Part shown: piece by piece, positions 9,621 to 21,500 of the stretch
Layout of the letters: each line of letters opens with the position of its first letter
How positions within the stretch are numbered: position 1 is the stretch's first letter
DNA from: a virus
DNA length: 64,000 nt
Virus record (IMG/VR): IMGVR_UViG_3300022925_000005
Direction: 5' to 3' (one strand)
Notes under the pieces: generated by a model
The model's input: the letters and a program-made list of their open reading frames with translations, nothing else
Database searches by the model: none
Told to the model about the DNA's origin: nothing
Translations under genes and position numbers: made by a program

Positions 9621-10109
9621 TTAGAATTCCAAAATAGCGTAATCATACGATAACGTTAATTCGATATCAGCGGCATCATTAGAGGAGAAATCTAAATCAT
9701 TGAAGTTTGCCGATGCAATAAATGCACCTTTTAACTTCCACTGTTCTATCTTATCACCAACAGGCCCTAACATATAGAAATCAATATCCTTTTTGTAGAA
9801 ATCGGCGTAACCTTTTCTACCAGTTAATGATTCATATCCTAAACGTACCCATTCCATAACTTGTTGTGCTCCAGAAGGAACAATTGGGTCATATAATGAG
9901 ATTGTTATATCTTGCCACTCACCCTTACCTTGCAATTTGCGGTAAGTATTGATATGGTCTAATTTCACAGTTTCGAAATTGATAGATGGTCTCGCCGCTG
10001 TTTTTATTAAGTAAGATTGAATACCATCAATCTCCATAATAAAGCGGTTCTTCATCTTCGGTTCGAAGTTGGTGAACATCATTTCGTTAAATTCTAATAC
10101 TTCTGCCAT
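9621..10109 (-). CDS. gp19: Tail tube protein (T4 gp19-like)
   Basis: FEPKMKNRF...GKGEWQDITISLYDPI...WKLKGAF...LTLSYDYA. It lies directly after the sheath gene. Confidence 0.9.
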   Translation of the reverse strand: MAEVLEFNEMMFTNFEPKMKNRFIMEIDGIQSYLIKTAARPSINFETVKLDHINTYRKLQGKGEWQDITISLYDPIVPSGAQQVMEWVRLGYESLTGRKGYADFYKKDIDFYMLGPVGDKIEQWKLKGAFIASANFNDLDFSSNDAADIELTLSYDYAILEF

Positions 10110-10133
10110 TTTTTATTTTTCTCCTTTTATACT

Positions 10134-10142
10134 AATAAATAT
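10134..10142 (-). promoter_or_regulatory. Candidate phage late promoter (ATATTTATT)
   Basis: Motif about 25 nt upstream of the tube ATG, followed by AAGGAG. Confidence 0.5.
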
Positions 10143-10162
10143 TAGTTATTATTATTTTTAGT

Positions 10163-12427
10163 TTATGCTGAAAAAGCTGCTCCAGTTGGTAAGATGTTGA
10201 AATCAATTACAATGAATTCAGCCGTCTTAGCCGGTTGTAAGAAAATTTGTCCAGCAAGTATGTTTCTATCAACTACATCAGGTCCGTTGTTAGATTCATC
10301 CATCACTACTTTAAATGCGTACAATCCTTGTCTTTGTTGAATTCCTTCCAAGTAAGGTTGTACAGTGTTGATGAATCTACCTCTTGTCTGAGCGGTATTT
10401 TGTTCGAATACTAAGAATCTAGAAGTAGATGCTACGAACTTCTTCACAGTGATTAATAATCTTCTTACGTTGATTCTATCCAATGCTGATGCCTTATCTT
10501 GCAAAGTTTTCTGTCCAAATGCTACAATACCTTGTCCAGGGAAAGAAGCGATTGGGTTTACTTTGTTTTCATATAAAGTATCTCTTTCAGAATGTGTTAA
10601 TCTATTCAATACACTAACTGCTCCTACAATACCACCTCTATTCAAACCAGCAGGTGCGAACCATTCTGCTCCGATAGCGTCATTTGCTGCGAATACAGCT
10701 GGCATCAATACTGATGGTGGAACTGAGATTAGTTTGTTAGTATTAGTATCAACCGTCTTAACCCAAGGGTAGTAAGATGCTGCGTAGTTTGTATCTACTG
10801 CGGTTGATTGAGTAGTTGCTTCAGCGATTGTAGCATCAACTGCGTTGAAATCAGCGATGTAGAATGCATCTGAGCGAGCTTCTACCACATCAATTGCTTT
10901 TGTAGTTACCGATGGGTGATATTGTCTAATAATACCTGGCGTTACCAACATATTAATATCCCACTCATCAACATTTGAAATTGCGTTTAATGCTTTAGTA
11001 TATGCAACTGCTCCAGTAGCTGTTGCCGATGAACAATCAAACCCTTGTGTGTTTGAACCATCGATATCACTACCCAAATTAATTGCGATTGTTGGAGATT
11101 GTCCATCGAATCCACTTTGGAATCCTAATGTGAACTGTCTCTTAACCATATCAGATGAATCTGAACCACTCATTATGTAAGATAGTTGAGAATCAAATCC
11201 GAAATCAACATTGTTACCAGCTACCGCTGATGTTGGGATTGGATTTAGATAATTAGCGTTATCACCTTTTACACCAACAGTTTCAAAATCTAAACCAGCG
11301 TAATATACTGATGAACCAGCAGTATTGATTGCCGAACCAGTTGTGTAAACAGCGGCAGGTACAATAGTTGCATCAGTAGCGTGTATTGGGTTAGTGTATG
11401 CTCCATGTGCGAATGGTGCAGCTGAAACAGGGTATGAACCAGCAGCTTTAACTTCTACTCTTACATACTTAGAGTTATTCAACCAATCACCATTTTCAGT
11501 AATCTTACCATTTGAATCGATAGTTAAATATCTATCACCGATTCTTCTAGCGATAAAGTTTGGTGATGATGGGTCTAAGTTTACGTTGTTGAATGTTTCC
11601 AATACAACTTTTCTCTTATCAGTATCAGCAAATCCTCTGATAGTTACTGAGAACGTTGAGTAATCAGTTCCACCATCTTCACCAGCTGCTTTTACATTTG
11701 AGATAGAAACTTTGAATCTTTTATTTTCGTTAGTACCATATCCTAAAGTATGGAAACGGAATAGTTCACTTCTCTCACCAGAAATCAATTGTGATTTCAC
11801 ATATGGTGTAGTTGCTACACTTGCTCCTCCAAATATTTGAGTTGGTAATGCTTCAGCGGATACTCCTAATGAATAATCGGTAGATGCTGCTAAATTCTCA
11901 AAGTAAGAATAAACATATCCATCTTTTGAACCAAATGGTGATTCACCAAATACATCACTAACATCATTAGTTGCTGATGGTAGTAAAGATGATGATACTT
12001 GTCCAATACCACTTCCACTAACCACAAACGAACCAGATGTTGTTCCACTATTTACAACAAATGTACCAAATCCAACTTCTTCATCACCAGCGTTTGTTGA
12101 ATGAATAGTTGAAATTAATTTACCATCTGCTACTAAACCAATAGGTGTTACCTGAGAGTAACCACCCTCATTCATTACTCTAACAATTGTTACAGTACCA
12201 GCTTCTCTAAGATAGTTTTGTACTGCATATTCTGTATAGTAAGTTCCATCAGGTTTACCAAATTTATCCTCAAATTCTGATTGAGTTCTAATAATTGTTG
12301 GAACGAAAGCAGGTCCTTGTTTGAAAGGTCCTACGAATGCTGCTCCGATTTCTCCGATACCTTGAGCCAAAAACGATAAATCGTTTTCTCTTGTGAATAC
12401 TCCAGGTGATACAATTCTTTCTGCCAT
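10163..12427 (-). CDS. gp18: Tail sheath protein (T4 gp18-like)
   Basis: SPGVFTRENDLS N-terminus; WFAPAGLNRG, LYENKVNPI, GQKTL, RINVRRLL and LQPAKTAEFIVIDF C-terminal motifs. Confidence 0.95.
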   Translation of the reverse strand: MAERIVSPGVFTRENDLSFLAQGIGEIGAAFVGPFKQGPAFVPTIIRTQSEFEDKFGKPDGTYYTEYAVQNYLREAGTVTIVRVMNEGGYSQVTPIGLVADGKLISTIHSTNAGDEEVGFGTFVVNSGTTSGSFVVSGSGIGQVSSSLLPSATNDVSDVFGESPFGSKDGYVYSYFENLAASTDYSLGVSAEALPTQIFGGASVATTPYVKSQLISGERSELFRFHTLGYGTNENKRFKVSISNVKAAGEDGGTDYSTFSVTIRGFADTDKRKVVLETFNNVNLDPSSPNFIARRIGDRYLTIDSNGKITENGDWLNNSKYVRVEVKAAGSYPVSAAPFAHGAYTNPIHATDATIVPAAVYTTGSAINTAGSSVYYAGLDFETVGVKGDNANYLNPIPTSAVAGNNVDFGFDSQLSYIMSGSDSSDMVKRQFTLGFQSGFDGQSPTIAINLGSDIDGSNTQGFDCSSATATGAVAYTKALNAISNVDEWDINMLVTPGIIRQYHPSVTTKAIDVVEARSDAFYIADFNAVDATIAEATTQSTAVDTNYAASYYPWVKTVDTNTNKLISVPPSVLMPAVFAANDAIGAEWFAPAGLNRGGIVGAVSVLNRLTHSERDTLYENKVNPIASFPGQGIVAFGQKTLQDKASALDRINVRRLLITVKKFVASTSRFLVFEQNTAQTRGRFINTVQPYLEGIQQRQGLYAFKVVMDESNNGPDVVDRNILAGQIFLQPAKTAEFIVIDFNILPTGAAFSA

Positions 12428-12474
12428 ATTTTATTTCTCCAATAAGTTTATTTTGATTTTATACCAAATACACA

Positions 12475-12483
12475 TATAAATAT
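12475..12483 (-). promoter_or_regulatory. Candidate phage late promoter (ATATTTATA)
   Basis: Motif about 48 nt upstream of the sheath ATG. Confidence 0.55.
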
Positions 12484-12532
12484 AACCAAAAAACTCAAAA
12501 GAGTAAATTGGTTATATTCATAAGTGTTTTTT

Positions 12533-15500
12533 TTACTTATTTAATAAAAGTTTTACCATTTCCTTCAATTCATCAATCTCTTTTTGTTGAGCTTTAACAA
12601 TTTCGGATTGTTCTTTAATACCTTCTACTAATAATGGTACTAATCTATCGTATTTAAGAGTTAAGTAATCTTCACCAGATGTAGAGAACATATTACCATC
12701 CTCATCGAAATCAGTATCAAATGGTGCTGAATGAACAACCTCAGGTAATACTTCTTTCACTTGCTGAGCTGATAAACCTATTTGTTGTTTATCATCTTCA
12801 TATCCAACCGATTTTGCTAACTCATTATTCACATAATAGAAAGCATCTAATTTAGAAATCTTATCTAATGCGTTTTCAATTACACCAGTCTTTTTCTTCA
12901 ACCTTTCATCGGAGTAGAATGCGATAATATCCTGCGTTACTCTCAATTCCCGAGTCATATAGATTTGAGAATTGTTAACTTCTAATCTTTCAGTACCACC
13001 AGTTACAACTCTCCATTGGTCAGCCGCATGGAACTGCATATAGGTATTAGTATCGCCTCTATGGTAGATATAATCATTAATTTGCATATTTGCCAATAAT
13101 GATGTACTATCTGGCCGTAGATAATAACCGGTGTTATTGTAATCATAGAATCTATCAGCGTACACACTTCCTTTAGATGATACATTACCATTTGAACCAT
13201 CTAACCAAACTCTAGCATCACCATCAGCTGCTACATAGAATCCCCATCCACTTTCACCAGTAAATCCGATAAAACTAGCACCAGCTCCAGCATAACCAAC
13301 ACCATACATATTTGATAATGTTGTTTCGGCTGGGTTATATGATGAACCGATAGTATAAATTGGATTAGAACGAGTATAGTTATCACCAACTGAGTTGTAT
13401 GAACCAACTAAGTGTCCAACGTTGTGCCCACTTCTCGTATAATAATTAGAGTTTATAGTAGCAGTTCTAATTGTGTTAAAATTAGATGTACTAGCTGCAT
13501 CCACATAATATCCAGTATTATCTCTATCGTAGATAAAGTTAACCTGAAGTGTACCATTGATGTAAGTTGTTCCACCCACATACCAGTTTATGTATGTTCC
13601 GCTTCCACTCCTAGCATCTAAGTGTAGGTTACCATTTGTTGTAGCAACTGATGCTTCATTACTATATCTACCATTTGTACCAACAGCAAGATATCTTCCC
13701 CATGAAGTATTTGGTCCGAATAATATTCCTTGTCTTACACGTCCTGAATAAGTACCTGTACTATTAGGGTCTAAGTAGTATCCCGTATCATTACTATCGT
13801 AATAAATACCAGCATACATTGCTCCACCATTACCATCGTTGATATCAAGAATAGGAATAGTTCTCCAAGCGTTTGGTGAACCACCCCACTGCTGTCTAAA
13901 TCGTAGGTTTCCAATTGGACCACCAACCATTTGCCATCCGTAACGAGTTGAACCATTAGTATAGTGTAGTGCTTGAGTACCAACCCAGTGAGATGTACCC
14001 GATGGTTGGTTACCTGGATTTGACCAAGAATCAATGAAACCAGAACCCCAATTGAATACAGTGTTCATATCTAAGGTACCCCATCCCATTGAACCTACCC
14101 AATAGTTAGTATCACTCGTAAAGTTTGGCCTTCTCATATAAGTACTCGCACTACTATGAGGTGAACCTGCGTTTCCTAATTGTGCCCTAGTCCTATCGTT
14201 AACACCTTCAAACCTAGTAGAGTTAACACTAGCTCCATTAAAGTAATAACCAGTGTTATTTCTATCATAGAAGATATCTGAGCGAGTATCGTTTAAATCT
14301 GCTCTATTGAATCGAGATGTAGATGCAAAATCACCATAATAACCAGTATTATTCCGGTCATAGTAAATGTTTGCTCTCATATCGTTAAAGTACGATGTGG
14401 AAGCAGGATTTGCGTAATATCCAGTATTATCCCGGTCGTAGAATAACCCTGCTCTAATATCAGATGGTGTTTCAATACGATTATAGAAGTACCAAGAACT
14501 TCTATCGGTTTGCATATGGAAATGGGATGTATTTCTAGAACCCATTTTACCCCAACCAGTTGATGATTGGAATTTTACATCAGTATTAGCTTCACCCTCA
14601 ATATATGGATATCTTTGGTCAGTTTCTTGATGTACATACCGAGTACCACTATGGAAATGTAATCTACCTAAAGTTTGTTCTGCTTTATATAGTTTTAACC
14701 CACAATATCTAGTTACAGCCGTACTATTACCAGCATAGTTAAATAAGAATAAAGGTCTGATATATTCAGTTCCAGAGGTAAATCCGTTTCCACCATTTCC
14801 ACCAATTCTACCACTTACTTTATACCAGCCACTATTTCTAGTGTTAGAATCAAATTCTACATAAGATGCTCCCCAATATCTATTGGTATTACCAAAGTAG
14901 GATTTGGAAGCGTTATATGCAGAACCTCCCATATATAATGCACAACTACTATCATTACCAGCAACATATCTTACCCATACCTCAAATATGTATTGAGAAT
15001 TAGCGTCAATTTTAATGTAATCTGGGTGAGTTGGATAATGCTGTCCATTTACTTCGAAACAACCTGCCGCAGGTGCAGTTGGGTCATCAACTTTAGTAAT
15101 TCTTGAACTTGCACTTCCACCAACCGCAACTCCAACTTCAGCAGAAGTCATATCATCGGTAATGTTGAAGAATGAACCATTATCTACATTACGAGTGTAG
15201 TTTTGAATAGAATTACCAGTCAATACAGGTGAACCACCAACGTTTAATGCGTTAAAGTTCGATGTACCATTAGGGTCAGCATAATATCCAGTATTATTTG
15301 TATCATAGAATATTGGTGCTCTATGTGAACCAGCAGCATAAGTGTTACCACTCATATCCAACTGCCATCTATTTGCAGATGCACTCCAACCACCAATACG
15401 AAGAACGTTATCGGAATCAAGACCCATATTCACAGCATAGTATCCACCTCTATGGAACGACATAAATGCCGAGTTACCACCAGTTGAATACGCCTGAAGT

Positions 15501-18500
15501 GGAGGTGAACTTAATCCACCAGATGTTGCACCTTTATTACTTCTAAAGTAAAATTCGTTATAGGATTCACCACCATTTACGTTAATTCTATCTAATCTAG
15601 AAGTAGAGTTAGGATTTAAATAATATGCGGTATTATTTGTATCATAAAATAGTTGTGCTCTGAATGAATTTTCAGTATATACGTTTCTATCGTTGGAAAT
15701 CCACATAATAGATACGTTGTTACCACTACTCCAACCTCTACCAATACCATAGTGAGGATTGGTGTTGTTTGCAGAATATCCAAAGTATAATCCAGTTGCG
15801 TTTGTAGCAGCCGTACCAATTACCCAATGTTTAAAGTTACCCGAAGATGCATTTGCACCATCGTAACCAACAAATCTAAGGGTTGGTCCATGATTACTAT
15901 TACTAATCTCAGAGGACATTAAGTTTAACTGAGGATATTGTCCTTTAATAGTTAAATCAGGTCTACGAGTCTCTTGAACTACACCATTATATAAGTTACT
16001 TTCATCACCAATGTGTAATCTATACGTTGCACGCATCTCATTGAAACGAGATGTACTCCGTGGGTCAGTATAGTAATTGGTATCATTGTTATCATATACA
16101 ATCGGTGTACGGAGTTGAGAGAATGCGTAAACAATACCATTAGTATCTACTCTAAATCTTTCAGAAGATGAACCATTCCATACTCTGAATCTCCGATTTG
16201 AGTAATAGTTTACATAAATATCATTTCCATTATATGCATCGATATGGAAGTTTCCACCCATACGGATGTACCCATTACCATTTTGAGAACGTAAATCACC
16301 ATCAATAGCCAATGAATTCACTCTACCATTTCTGAATCTGAAATCACCTTGTGAACTACCAAAGTAGTATGCGGTGTTTTCTCTTTCGTAATAGATGTTA
16401 GAACGAATATCATTTGTGTATGATGTAGATGCAGGGTCTAAGTAATAGCCCGTATTGTTTGCATCATAGAATCTATCAGCGGCAATTGATACTTCATTTT
16501 TGTAAATGATGCTATCACCACTAAAATCTGAAATATTACTTGCTCCAGGTGTTTTATTAATGTATGCCCAAGACCGACTTGGTGTATTATCAGTATAAGT
16601 TACACTTCGAGTTGTTCTAACTCTAGCTTTTACTTGAGTGTAGTATCTTACATCAACATAAACCGGTACATATCTAATATCACCACTAATTGTTACAGGT
16701 GAACCAATTTCAACTCTAAAATGATTATTAGCTGAAATATTCGCATCAACTAATCGTACTGAATAGGAGTTGTTGTATCCCCAAAATACTTGATATTTTT
16801 TGAAAGAACCTCTACCAAAATATTGTTCATGTAATTCTACTTCAAATGTACCACCTGAATTCCAATCATTGTAATCCATTGAAATTCTAGCAATCTCAAA
16901 TCTACGAGCCTGCGTTCCACTTGCCGATAGTGTATTTGTGATAGCAATTGTTTTATGAACATCAATTTCATAATCATCACCTAAATCAACAGTACCATTT
17001 AATTGTAAGGTACCTTGAACAGTTAAGTTATTTAAGTTTGATAAAGATTCAGGGTCAGTATAGTATCCAGTATTACTACGAGAATAGAATACATTAGCTC
17101 TTAAATCATTTAATAATGATGTTGAACCTGGTCTAACGTAATAAGATGTGTTATCCTTATCATAGAATATATCAGCTCTTAAATCATTAAAGATAGATGT
17201 TGATGCTGGGTCTGAGTAATACCCCGTATTATTGTAATCATATACAATTGGAGTTCTTATTTGCCCAAATGCGTAAAGAATACCATTAGTTTCAAATCTT
17301 ACTTTCTCACTATTGTTAAATGCGAATCTTAAATGGTCGGATGCACCATTATCAACCAATAAGTTCCATTCATTTGAACCATCGGATGAGTATAAGTTTA
17401 ATCCATCATTCCAACCCGCACCACTAGCGATAATATCCAATTTTCTAATTCGAGAAGTTGAATTTGGGTTTACATAGTATCCCGTATCATTACTATCATA
17501 GAAAATAGGTGCTCTGAAATCATTTCTTGCTTGAGCAGTTGCATTAAAGTAGATGTTTGAATTTTGGTAATACATCTCCATTGCCCAATATTGAGGTACT
17601 CTTTCGTTACCCTCACCCATACCAATCCAAGAATAACCATCACCTCTATATGTTAAGTGAAGTGCGGCTGCGCCTTTACCAGATTCACCAATGTGAACCG
17701 ATTGATATCCACCACCACTACCATCAACTACAATATGAGAATTACCACCATTATTAACTAAAAGCTCGTTCATATGAACATAATTCATACGAGAAGTACT
17801 ATTAGGATTTACATAATATGCAGTATCATTGTAATCGTAGATTATTTGAGGTCTAATACCTTGCGATGATGGTATTTGAATAACATTACTACCTTCCCCA
17901 ATATACATTGTTTGAGATGAGTAGTTACCATACCAATGTTGTGCCTCAACTACATATGCTGAGAAGTCCCAACGAGGTGTATTACTAACATTGTTAACTA
18001 ATTGTATTCTTTGTAATACCGAAGTTCCAGCACCATCTACATATCTACCAGTATTATTATAATCGTAGAAAACAGGAGCTGAAATATCATAATTAGATAC
18101 AATTGTTCTTTCACTTGTCCAGAATTCGTAAGGTCCTCTATAAGTGTTACCTTCTCTTCTTGAATATCTTGGAGGGCCCCAGAATGGCATTGCAATCATT
18201 GTGTTGTAATAGTTTGAACCATTACCATGATTACTAATCAAATAGTTGTGCCATCCACTAAATCCTTCAAATGTACCAGAGCTTTGGTTGAATGTAAATT
18301 CACTATTACCAAATCCGGTTATTGCGAGAGCTCTAGCTCTTGCATTTATTGTACCATTAACAGTTAAGTTGTTTAGATTAGAAGTTCCAGCTGGGTCTAC
18401 ATAATATCCACTATCATTATAATCTCTGAATAATGTACCTCTTACTTCTTCCGTAAATACTGCTCTACTTGATAATGCTGCTCTAAACTGTCCGTTATTG

Positions 18501-21500
18501 ATAATTAATATACCATGGTCATTCAAATTATTAGCTCCACCAAGTCCACCTGCATTTGGATGAGACCAACCAATACCATACATATTAGCGGTTGATGTAC
18601 CAGCTGAATTCGGTTTGTACGAATCACCCATTGCGAATACTAATTGTAAACGAGTTGAAGTGTAATTACCTACAATACCAATACCATAGTTATTGAATAC
18701 GATGTTTCTACCATAAGTGATTCTACTGGTATCTCTCGTATCATGGTATGAAATAAGTGAATCGGAACCAGCATATCTACTATAATGATATGAATTATAT
18801 CCACTATCCCAATAATAGTGGTCACCATAACCATTTGATGAACTTTCACCAAAGTAGAAGTGTGAATCACCACTATCAGTTGCCCATAATCTAAGAGTAT
18901 CGTTGATATTGGTTGTATCATTGTTACCATTACCCAACGTTGTTGTACCCCGAGTCTCAAGACTATTTAATCGAGTTGTTGAAGCTGGATTTACATAATA
19001 TGTTGTATTATCCCTATCATACATTATGCTAGGTCTAATATCATTTAGATATGATGTAGATGCAGGGTCTAAATAATAACCCGTATTATTTGAATCATAA
19101 TATCTCGTTGCGTATAAATCACCAGTGTTACTATTCTGATTATATAACGCAGATACTTTCATAGTAATCGTTACCTTCTTAGTACCAGTTGGTTCAGTTG
19201 AGTTAGTAATAGATGTTACTCTATTTCTATCATCACCACCAGCATCTCTAACGTGTACTGAGAATGAGTTCCAATAAGATACTCTTGGCCACCAGAATGC
19301 TAAGTTACCATTATTGTTGAATACCTTCATTTGAGAGAACCCAGCATATCCAGTATGAACACCACTATAATTTATTATGGTGTTACTATATAGATAACCC
19401 TGTGCCGTAAATCCAAATGGTGGGTTTCCTGAATAACTCTTACCAGTTGCCTCTAATACAAACGATGCTCCGTTGGTTGCTGATGATGGTATATCAGTTT
19501 GTACTAATGTACCATTTACGAAATCAGAACCAGAATGTGCGTATGTTCTTACATAATGTCCTCTTAGTTGTAAGTCATACAATCTAGAGTTTGAATTCGG
19601 GTCTAAGTAATATCCAGTATTGTTCGAATCATAGAATATTGGAGTTCTGATATCAGAATAGTGGTAGAAGTAATCAGAATTTAATCTTGCTTGCTCCGAA
19701 CCATTACCCAATACTCTAAATGCATATGAGTTATTACTAGCCATACGAAGGTCTAACCCATAATCATCATCACCAGTTACAATAATACCCCAATCGTTAT
19801 TGTTTGGTTTATTAATCCATAAGATTGCATCATCACCAGAAGCGTTATTATCAACACCATCTAATCTTAAACCACTTAAACGAGATTGAGACCGAGGATT
19901 TACATAATATCCAGTATTATTCGTATCGTAGAAAATTGGTGCTCTATATGAACCATTAGCTTCAGCATATCCATTACGAACTCTCGTTTGCCAAGTACTT
20001 CCAAATCTCGTTTCAAATCTATCAGAATATCCTAATATAGATGTTGTTGGTTGTCCACCAGTTCCACTTGCGGAGAATGCGATTACCGAAACACCATTTG
20101 GTGCGTTGAATAATCTAATGTTCTCATTATAGTTGTTATAATTATCACCATCATTAATCCAAACAGATGGGTTCCGAATTTCACCTCTTACATTTATAGA
20201 AGTTCCAGTTGTATTTGGGTCTATGTAGTATGCAGTATTGTTGGAATCATAGAAAACTGGTGCTCTTGATGAACCAGCTGCCTCTACATTACCACTTGAA
20301 TCTACAAGCATTCTCCAAACACCCCAATCTTGATTTCTATATCCTCTATTGGATGTGATACCGAAACTATCGGAAGTTTGATAATAACCAGTTGTCCAAG
20401 TTTGTGAAGTTAATGGTGATGAGAATAATAAACCAGGTCTATCACTTCCACTAATACCACCACCTCTTATTTCTTGAACAATACCCCAAGAATGATTAGC
20501 GTAAGTATTCTCTACTATTAATGCCGTATTATTTCCAGCAGTACCACCAGAACCCGTTTTAGTAATTTGCATTACAGGTCCGGATGCTCTACCAAATGTT
20601 GAATAATCCGCTGGGTTTACATAGTATGCTGTATTATTTCTATCATAGAAGATATCCGAACGAGTATCATTTACATCAATTCTATTAAATCTAGAAGTAG
20701 ATGCGAAGTTACCATAATAACCAGTGTTATTCAAATCGTAGAATATCGGTGCTCTAAAATCAGCAGTTGATGTGGCAGTTCCATCAGTCCACATACCACT
20801 ACCAGCAGCGAACCTTGTCGTACCATTCATCATTAATAGAAGTTGGTGACCTAATCCAGACTTAGCTTGTGGGTTAGAACCAGCATAACTATAATCTGGA
20901 TTATAAGACCAAGCTAAACCATATAGGTTACCAGCTGCACCACTTTCATCTAATCCATTATCAGGTAAGTTGTATGAGGTACCCATACTCCAAACATGCT
21001 GATATCTTGTTGGTGAATATACACCATACACACCCCGTCCATAGTTATTAGCAACCAATGCTTTCTGAGTACCCATTGTTAGAGTACCCGTAAATGTATC
21101 AGCCGTATCACTTCTCAAGAATTGAGTAGAATCTAAACCATCTATTGTATTAGCATCACCAGTAATGTTTGCCGAAAGAGTTCCAACTACTGTTAAGTTA
21201 TTTAATCGAGTTGTTCCATTCGGATTAACATACCAATTAGTATCATCACTATCATAGAAAATTGGTGTTCTTATATCTGATGTATGATAGAAATAATCAC
21301 TATTCATACTAGCTATCACATTTCTACCATAGTTATGGAAATCTAATTGACCTCCACTAGCACCACCTGTTGTTTTTCTACCAGTGATACCAGCATATTC
21401 TCTTAACGTACCGCCACTATCCTTTAATTCAAAGAATAGAGATGCACCAGCAGATGATGCACTATTATTATGATTTGTTCTTTGTAAATTTAATACACCA